A stretch of 64,000 nt of DNA from an uncultured Acidobacteriota bacterium (GTDB taxonomy: Bacteria; Acidobacteriota; Vicinamibacteria; Fen-336; JAGNNV01): contig CAYNHK010000002.1 in assembly GCA_964396875.1 (NCBI GenBank), forward strand, positions 1,015 through 65,014, written 5' to 3'. The notes under the pieces are model-generated. The model ran no database searches. It saw only the letters and a program-made list of their open reading frames with translations, and was not told the origin of the DNA. The number at the start of each line of letters is the position of its first letter. Position 1 is the stretch's first letter. Position numbers and translations under genes: made by a program. Shown here piece after piece: positions 63,602 through 64,000 of this stretch.

Positions 63602-63650
63602 GGGGCTACCTCTGGTTCGGCCGCATCAATCACCGGTTCGCGGGTCGAAG

Positions 63651-63920
63651 TCAGTGCGCCTTGTCGGGTGTGTCGATCGCGTTGCCCCACTCCCGAAGCC
63701 GTTCGCGATCCGAAGCAGCGTAAAGCTCGTCGGACATGTCGGCGACCTGATCGGCCACGCCGCCAACCACTTCAAATTCCTCCGCTTGCTGCGAAAGCAG
63801 ACCCAGATGGTGGGCCACGGCGTCGAGTTTGGGAACAGTCCGGTCGATCGCGGTCAAAAGCCCTTCCACGAGCTGGACGAGCGCCGAACGAGAAAGACCG
63901 TCATGCCAGGTCGGTTCCAT
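63651..63920 (-). CDS. Hypothetical small helical protein
   Basis: An 89-aa ORF runs from the ATG at 63920 (MEPTWHDGLSRSALVQLVEG...). No family was recognised. It is co-directional with the two upstream accessory genes. Confidence 0.35.
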   Translation of the reverse strand: MEPTWHDGLSRSALVQLVEGLLTAIDRTVPKLDAVAHHLGLLSQQAEEFEVVGGVADQVADMSDELYAASDRERLREWGNAIDTPDKAH

Positions 63921-64000
63921 GCGGTGAGTATAGGGGCAGACGCCGTGAGCCCGTTCAGGGGTACGATTCGCCCCCACCCGTTTCCCCACCCCCTGGAGTC

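Overview
High-GC bacterial chromosomal segment with dense coding on both strands. The many long antisense shadow ORFs are typical of GC-rich DNA. No CRISPR array, integrase, transposase or rRNA is visible. Gene content resembles a soil Acidobacteriota- or Myxococcota-like organism, but the taxon cannot be determined from the sequence alone.

Layout from start to end:
- 1-3.4 kb: tolR-tolA-tolB-ybgF, with no pal gene.
- 3.5-6.5 kb: ssb, a type III polyketide synthase with a FAD oxidoreductase, and tRNA-Lys(CTT).
- 6.5-8.9 kb: yggX, yceH-like, a cupin protein with an extreme His-rich tail, and a small basic protein.
- 8.9-25.7 kb: a catabolic island. It holds two MFS transporters, a hydantoinase-like amidohydrolase, a GntR regulator, an amidohydrolase-2, two family III CoA-transferases, a periplasmic CpcT-like protein, a TonB-dependent receptor, a VOC protein, a CN-hydrolase, MmgE/PrpD, a cyclase and a CitE-like lyase.
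- 25.8-40.4 kb: the most unusual region. It starts with a degenerate J-domain/HTH protein and a ParA/MinD-like ATPase. A wza-wzc pair follows, bracketed by two paralogous copies of a three-gene module. Each module has a DxDxDG-repeat exported protein, an O-antigen-ligase-family membrane protein, and a convergent secreted protein with Pro/Thr(Ser)-rich linkers. No glycosyltransferase or flippase lies nearby.
- 40.5-53.5 kb: a mixed set. It holds rubrerythrin, a receiver-like protein, an orphan barstar-like gene, a crotonase, and a creatininase-amidase-deacetylase-coaA operon. It also holds mlaEFD, an M24 peptidase split across three frames, and rimO.
- 53.6-63.9 kb: a complete chemosensory cluster (MCP, CheY, CheD, CheA, CheW, CheR, CheB). 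It carries non-canonical accessories: two paralogous coiled-coil/GAF proteins and a DUF4388-receiver-GAF-like protein.

All functional calls rest on by-eye motif recognition in the supplied translations. No database search was run.
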